Below are positions 53,050-60,000 of a DNA stretch of 60,000 nt, piece by piece. Origin of the DNA: Camelus dromedarius (taxonomy: Eukaryota); the NCBI RefSeq assembly GCF_036321535.1, contig NC_087436.1:82586001-82646000 (forward strand), given 5' to 3'. Under the pieces are notes generated by a model that worked only from the letters and a program-made list of their open reading frames with translations, made no database searches and was not told the DNA's origin. Every line of letters starts with the position of its first letter. Within the stretch, counting starts at the first letter, position 1. A program made the translations under genes and the position numbers.

Positions 53050-53195
53050 TAGGGTAACCAGATTTAGCAAATGAAAATACAGAATGCCCAGTTAAATTTG
53101 AGTGATTTCTAATTAACTACACTTATGTACATTGCAATAAAAGGAAAGTATTGCATGGGACATACTGAAGTATTTGTTGTTTATCTGAAATAAAT
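53050..53195. mobile_element. MER53-like hAT terminal sequence
   Basis: tagggtaaccagatttagcaaatgaaaatacagaatgcccagttaaatttga ... tattgcatgggacatact...ttgtttatctgaaat. Confidence 0.7.
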
Positions 53196-53199
53196 TATA

Positions 53200-54155
53200 A
53201 AAAATCTAAATTACATACCTCTTTCAAAAAATTATATCTCCCTTATGTTGTTAACAGTTATTTACTTTTACAGGATTTACTTATAAAATCTTGCCTTGCA
53301 GCTACAATGTTTAATTTACACTGTGACAGAGCTTCTGCAGGGGTCACATCTAGTTCGTTTGTCTCTTCTTTTGTCCACTGAACATTTACTCATGAAAAAA
53401 CACACTCAATATTAGTATATGAGCTAGTATGTACTCGTGTAAACTCTAAGAATCACTCTTCAAATTTGACTTATTGGAGTACATAATACCATCTTTCAGT
53501 GCATAATATACTTTTCCATTCTTCAGGACTATATTTCATCTTTTGATCAGTGATTTTTTTAAAAAATACTGTCCACTGACAAAAGCATTGTTGTCAGTTT
53601 ATTCCTTCCTTCAACATTGCACATGGTGATTCCACTTGTTCCCATTCCAAGAATATTTAGAAATATCCATATTAAAAAATTAAACTCTTCAGGGGATGAA
53701 ATCATTTCACAAAATAGTCATGACAAGTGCCATGATAATTATCCATTTCAAGTCAGAATTTCTTTTCATGTTCATGAGTAATATAATATCCTTTTTAAGA
53801 ACAGTCTTGACACTTAAAGAGATCAATTTTTCTGTAATTCTTTCTTTAACACATTCCACAATTTCCTTTAAGGATTGGAATACTTCAGTGACACTGTTTG
53901 CTCCTCTTTCAATTTGCATAATCCTATTATTAAAGAGATATTGAAAAGTATGCTCAACAAATAAGTATGCTTCACTCAATGGATTATTTTAAAAGCCAAC
54001 CAAAATTTTTGAGAACTCATTCTTCAGAATTAAAGTATGATTTAAGTGCTTCAGATAAACTGAGTATGTTCTCAAATGAGTGTTCAAGAGAGCCAGTGGG
54101 TTGTGGATGCAGGAAAATTGAAGACTGCTGAATGCCAACAATATCACAAAAATCT
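53200..54155 (-). pseudogene. hAT (Blackjack-type) transposase relic, C-terminal part
   Basis: Manual translation: STTHWLS (TRWLS motif), ENILSLSEALKSYF, TNIECVFS*VNVQWTKEETNELDV (ERxFS dimerisation-domain motif at ~53391-53417). Confidence 0.75.
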
Positions 54156-54639
54156 CATTTAAAAACTTCCTAACTATTTTATTTTTTTAGAGCAATGTTA
54201 CATACATAACAGCTCAATAAAAAATTAGGAAAAGTCTTTGAACAATTAGAAGGAAATATTGATATCTGCAACAATATGAATGAATCTCAGGTGCATTAAG
54301 CTAGGTGAAAGAAGTCAAACTCAAAAGACTACATACTGTATGATTTCATTCATACATCAGTTTGGATAAGGCAAAACTATAAGAATAGAAAATGGCTCAG
54401 TGGCTGCTAGTTGCTTTTTTTCCCCAACCACTTATTTTAGATCTATCCATGTTGATATGCAGAGTTATAGTTCATTCCTTTTTTTACTGCTATATAGTTT
54501 TTCCAGTATAGTTATTCCATAATATAAATATATCATTCTTTACTTATCTAGTCCCCTACTGATGCACATTTAGATTGTTTACATTTTTTGCTAATATAAC
54601 AAACAGCAATGAATATCATTGTGCACATTTTTCAAAATG

Positions 54640-55048
54640 AAAAATTTTAAGATCTACTCTTTTAGCTGCTTTCAAATATGCAAAACAGTATCATTAACTA
54701 TAGTCACCATGCTGAACATTATATCCCCATGACCTATTTCTTTTATGACTGGAAGTTTGTACCTTCTGACCCTCTTCTCCAGTTTCACCTACCTCCCACT
54801 CCTCACCCCTGGAAACCACCTATCTATTCTCTATATCCATGAGCTTGGTTTTACTTGTTTGTTTTTGTTGTTGTTGTTGTTGTTTTAATTCCACATATAA
54901 ATGAGATCATTTGGTATTTGTCTTTTTCTGACTTATTTCACTTAGCATGATACCCTCAGGGTCCATCCATTTTGTTGCAAATGGCAAACTTTCCTTCTTT
55001 CTTGTGGCTGAATAGTACTTCAATGTGTGTGTGTGTGTGTGTGTGTAC

Positions 55049-55087
<39 letters not shown>

Positions 55088-56636
55088 AACATACATATAT
55101 ATATGTATATATAAAACTTGGACACATAGGTTTTTTCCATATCTTAGCTAAATATAATGCTGCAATGAACATAGGAATGCTGAGTATTTACATTTTTCGA
55201 GTTAGTATTTTCATTTTCTTTGAATAAATACCCAGAAGTGAAATTGTTGGGTCATATGATCCAAAATCGTATGTAAAGTTTTACTTTTAACTTTTTTGAG
55301 GAACTTTCATACTATTTTCTGTAGTGGTTGCACCAATTTACATTTTCACCAACAGGTTTCCGGTCAAGATGGTGGAGTGGTAGGACCACGAGCTCGCCTC
55401 TCCTTGCGACTACATTTTCACCAATAATGCATAAGTGTTCCCTTTTCTCCACATCCTTGCCAACATTTGTTATTTCCTGTCTTTTTGATAAAAGCCATTC
55501 TAACAGTTGTGAGGTGATATGTTATGTGGTTGTGATTTGCATTTCTCTGATGATTAGTGATGCTGAGCAACTTTTCATGTACCTATTGGCCATTGGTATG
55601 TCCTCTTTGGAAAAAAGTGTATTCAGATCTTCTGCCCATCTAAAAATCAGACTGCTTGTTTTTGTTTTGTTTTGTTTTTCATTTTTTGTTTTTGCTATTG
55701 AGTTATATGAGTTCTTTATAATATTTCAATATTAACCCTTGTAAGATATATGATTTGCAAATGTTTTCTACCATTCAGTAGTTACCTTTTCAGTTCATTG
55801 TTGGTTTCCTTTACTGTACCAAAGCTTTTTAGTTTGGTCTAATTTCTCTTGTTTATTTTTACTTTTCTTGCCTTTGCTGTTGTTGTCAGATTAAAAAAAT
55901 AATCACGAAGACTGATGTCATGGAGTTTACTATCTATATTTTCTTCTAAGAGTTTTATGGCTTCAGTTTTTACATTCATGTATTCAATCCATTTTGAGTT
56001 AATTTTTGTGTATAGTATAAGATAGTGGTCCAGTTTCATTCTTTCCCATGTGGCTGTCCAATTTTCCCAATACCATTTATTGAAGAGACTGTCCTTTCCT
56101 CATTGTATATTTTTGGTTCCCTTGTTGTAAATTAATTGACTTATGTGAATGAGTTTATTTCTGAGCTTGCTCTCTGTTCCATAGATCTATGCGTCTGTTT
56201 TTAATGCCAATGCCATACTGTTTTGATTACAGTAGCTTTGTGATAGAGTTTGAAATCAGAGAATGTGATGCCTCAAGCTTTGTTCTTCTTTCTCAAGATG
56301 GCTTTGGCTGTTTGGGGTCTTTTGTTGTTCTAAATTTTAATATTCTTTGTTCTACTTCTGTGAAAAATGCTATTCAAATTTTGATAGAGATTACATTGAA
56401 TGTGTAGATTTCTTTGGGCGGTATGGACATTTTAACAATATTAATTCTCCCAAGCCATGAGCATAGAACATTTTTCCATTTATTTGTGTCTTCTTCAGTT
56501 TCTTTTATTAATATCTTATAGTTTTCAGCATACAGGTCTTTTACTTCCTTGGTTAAATTTATTTCTAGGTTATTTTATTCTTTCCAATGCAATTGTAAGT
56601 GGGATTGATTTCTTAATATCTCTTTCTGACAGTTCC
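54640..56636 (-). mobile_element. 5'-truncated L1 (older, L1MA/artiodactyl-type) with compound (TG)n(TA)n at 55024-55112
   Basis: Degraded ORF2 C-terminus ([40 protein letters not shown]) and 3'UTR; outer TSD cacaaaaatct (54145-54155 / 56637-56647). Confidence 0.9.
55355..55410 (+). mobile_element. 56-bp insertion resembling the extreme 5' end of an L1 5'UTR
   Basis: ggtttccggtcaagatggtggagtggtaggaccacgagctcgcctctccttgcgac between repeats tacattttcaccaa(c/t)a (55339-55354 / 55411-55426). Confidence 0.75.
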
Positions 56637-57190
56637 CACAAAAATCTTTTAATTGCTCAATTTGAACAGTATAAATGCTGAAGTAGGAGAAAAATTTCAT
56701 GACAACGACTTCAGTGTCAATAGAAAGGACATTAGATGCTGTTTGAGCAGCATTATGCAGAATATGGCAGGACAGCCAGCACCTTTCATTCATGTTTGCT
56801 TTAACTTTGAATAAATATTGTTGACACTCATGAAAACATCTACCAAAATTTGTGTTCATATTATTGCCACAGAAGCAGTACACTTTTTCTCATTAACTCC
56901 TTCCACAATAAAGAACATTTCTGAAGTCTCATTTGGAAGAGATTTTACTCACAACAGCCTTAAAGTAACACTTTTTCATGAGAAAAGTATTATATAAGCA
57001 AAGGGAGCGTTTTTGCCTGTATTACGGCTACTTACATCCATAGCTATGTTGTAAAAAGATAAGTCATTAGATCTTCCATAAGCTCTGTAACAGTAAATGG
57101 AATTGTTACATTTTTTATTGTTGTAGTAGATTTCATCCTGATAACTTACTTGTAAATTTAAGATCAAAAAATACTTTTGGTTATGAAATT
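56637..57190 (-). pseudogene. hAT (Blackjack-type) transposase relic, middle part
   Basis: LSFYNIAMDVSSRNTGK (first catalytic D region), FCGNNMNTNFG, (GCPA)HILHNAAQTASNVLSIDTEVVVMKFFSYFSIYTVQIEQLKDFC. Confidence 0.75.
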
Positions 57191-57194
57191 TTTT

Positions 57195-59845
57195 TTTAAT
57201 TTTAGCTCTGCCATTTAAGAAAGCTATTGAAATGTAGTTGATTTACAATGTTAGTTTCAGGTGTACAGCAAAGGGATTCAGTTATACATATACTTCCATA
57301 TGGATTATTTCTTTTCAAATTCTTTTCCATTATATGTTATTACAAGAAATTGAATAAGTTCCCTGTGCTATACAGTGAGTCCTTGTTGTTTATCTATTTT
57401 ATATATAGTAATGTGTATCTTTAATCCCAGCCCTTAATTTATTCCTCCCCGTCCTTTCTCCCTTTGTAACCATGGTTTGTTTTTTATGTCCAGGAATCTG
57501 TTTTTGGTTTGTAAATAGGATTTTTATTATTTTTTAAGATTTCACATATAAGTGATATCATATAATATTTGTCTTTCCCTTTCTGACTTACTTCACTCAA
57601 TATGATAATCTCTAGGTCCATTCATGTTGCTGCAAATGGCAGTATTTCATTCTTTTTTATGACTGAGTATATATATATATATATATCCCACATCTGTTGA
57701 TGGACATTTAGGTTGTTTCCATGTCTTGGCTATTGTAAATAGTGCTGCTATGAGCATTGGGGTGCATGTGTCTTTTTAAATTATAGTTTTCTCTGGATAT
57801 ATGCCCAGCAGTAGGATTGATGGATCATAGGGTAAGTCTATTATTAATTTTCTAGGGAATCTTTATACTGTCCTTCATAGTGGCTGCACCAATTTACATT
57901 CCCACCAACAATGTAGGAGAGTTCCTTTCTCTCCACACTCTCTCCAGCATTTAGTATTTGTAGACTTTTAAATGATGGCCCTTATCACCTGTGTGAGGCA
58001 ATAGATATGTCATCGTAGTTTTGATTTGCGTTTCTCTAATAATTGTGACATTGAGCATCTTTTCATGTGCCTGTTGGCCATCTGTATGTCTGCTCTGGAG
58101 AAATGTCGATTTAGGTCTTCTGCCCACATTTTTTTTTTATTATATTCTTTGTTTTTCTGGTATCAGGCTGTATGAGCTGTTTATACATTTTAGAAATTAA
58201 TTCCTTGTTCGTTGTGTCATTTGCAAATATTTTCTCCCATTCTGTAGGTTGTCTTTTCATTTCATTTATGATTTCCTTTGCTGTGCAAAAGCTTTTAAGT
58301 TTAACTAGACCCCATTTGTTTATTTTTGCTTTTATTTCCATTACTCTAGGAGCTGGTTCAAAAAAATATATTGCTGAAATTTTTGTCAAAGTATGTTATG
58401 CCTATGTTTTCCTCTAGGAGTTTAAGCGTATCTGGTCTTACATTTAGGTCTTTAATCCATTTTGAGTTTATTTTTGTATATGGTATTAGAAAATGTTCTA
58501 ATTTCATTCTTCTATGTGTAGCTGTCCAGTTTTCCCAGCACCACTTATTAAAGAGACTGTCTTTTTTCCATTGTATATTCTTGCCTCTTTTGTCATAGAT
58601 TAGTTCACTGTAAGCATGTAGGTTTATTTCTGGACTTTCTATCCTGTTCCATTGATCTATGTGTCTCCTTTTGTGCCAGTACCATACTGTTTTCATTACT
58701 GTAACTTTGTAGAATAGTATGAAGTCAGGGAGCATGATTCTTCCAGCTCCATTCTTCTTTCTCAAAATTGTTTGGGCTATTTGGGGTCTTTTTTGTTTCT
58801 ATACAAATTAAAAAATTTTTTGCTCCAGTCCTATGAAAAACGTCATTGGCAATTTGATAGGGCTTGCATTGAGTCTGTATATTGCCTTGGGTAGTATGGC
58901 TATTTTAACAATATTCAGCATTCTGATCCAAGAGCATGGTACATCTTTTCATCTGTTTGTTTCATCTTCAATTTCTTTCATCAGTGTCTTATAGTTTTTG
59001 GAGTATAGGTACTTTGCCTCTTTAGGTAGGTTTATTCCTAAGTATTTCATTCTTTTTTGATGTGATGGTAAATGGCATTGTTTCCTTAATTTCTTTTTCT
59101 GCTATTTCATTGTTAGTGTATAGGAATGCAACTGATTTCTGTATGTTAATTTTGTATCCTGAAACTTCGCTGAATTCATTGATGAACTCTAGTAGTTTTC
59201 TGACGGCCTCTTTAGGATTTTCTACATAGAATACCATGTCACCTGCAAATGGTGACAGTTTTACTTCTTCATTTCAAATTTGGATTACTTTTATTTCTTT
59301 CCTTCTCTGATTACTGTGGCTAGGACTTCCAAAACTATGTTGAATAAATGTGATGAGTGGACATCTTTGCCTAGTTCCTGATCTTAGAGGAAATGCTTTC
59401 AGCTTTTCACCATTGAGATTAATGTTAGCTATGGGTTTGTCATATACAGCCTTTATTACATTGAAGTATGTTCCCTCTGTGCCCACTTTCTGAAGAGTTT
59501 TTATCATAAATGAAAGTTGAACTTTATCAAAAGCTTCTTTTGCATCTATTGAGATAATCATATAGTTTTCATTCTTCAGCTTGTTAATGTGGTATATCAC
59601 ATTGATAGATTTGCAGATATTAAAAAATTCTTGCATCCCTGAGATAAATCCCACTTGATCATGATGTATGATATTTTGAATGTATTCTTGTAGTGGATTT
59701 GCTAGTATTTTTTAAAGGATTTTTACATCTATATTCATAAGTGATATTGGCCTGTAATTTTCTCTTTTTGTGGTATCTTTGTCTGGTTTTGGTATCAGGG
59801 TGATGGTAGCCTCATAGAATGGATTTGGAAGTGTTCCTTCCTCTT
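57195..59845 (-). mobile_element. 5'-truncated L1 (ORF2 RT to 3'UTR), degraded
   Basis: Multiple ORF2 fragments ([49 protein letters not shown]-like WGLVKLKSFCTAKE). Confidence 0.93.
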
Positions 59846-59849
59846 GGTA

Positions 59850-60000
59850 GCAGCATATTCTAACAGTTATTTGAACTGACGGCTGATGAAATCTACTGTG
59901 GAAAGCCATTACAACTTGTGCTGTGATTATTTTATCTTCTTCATCTGAATGTCTTACAAAACTTTACTATTTTATCACATATTTGGCAGTAGTTGATGAA
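59850..60000 (-). pseudogene. hAT transposase relic, N-terminal part (continues beyond window)
   Basis: [21 protein letters not shown] resembles the AAE..AYH..KH.S motif of hAT transposase N-terminal regions. Confidence 0.55.

Noticed and set aside
2300..60000. A hidden SCPP-family gene or DSPP exons upstream of SPARCL1
   Set aside because: I found no signal-peptide exon, acidic Ser/Asp-rich exon or DSS repeat; very small exons cannot be excluded by eye
1..60000. CRISPR arrays, operons or other prokaryotic systems
   Set aside because: The sequence is mammalian and repeat-rich; no regularly spaced repeat-spacer array or dense gene packing

Overview
Mammalian genomic DNA, most likely camelid (Camelus/Vicugna/Lama), judged from vic-1-like tRNA-derived SINEs. 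The left end holds the non-coding first exon of SPARCL1 (hevin) on the minus strand (splice donor at 1605/1604), recognised from memory of the human mRNA. The remaining ~58 kb is upstream intergenic DNA, expected from synteny to face the DSPP/DMP1 SCPP cluster. It is dominated by transposable elements and has no recognisable host coding exon. Main structures: (1) a two-LTR MaLR provirus with a nested solo LTR (6.5-9.3 kb); (2) a full-length, recently inactivated L1 (23297-30494, minus) nested in an internally deleted L1 (22648-31013, plus), each with its own target-site duplication (TSD) and apparent 3' transduction; (3) a 345-bp exact, tailless copy of part of that L1 sitting 11 kb away; (4) an ERVL pol relic; (5) a Blackjack-type hAT transposase fossil split in three by L1s and abutting a MER53-like terminus; (6) a 56-bp insertion consisting only of an L1 5' end with a TSD. 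I found no new protein-coding system; the novelty is in retrotransposition mechanics and TE fossils. Repeat subfamily names come from memory of consensus sequences, and boundaries of old repeats are approximate.
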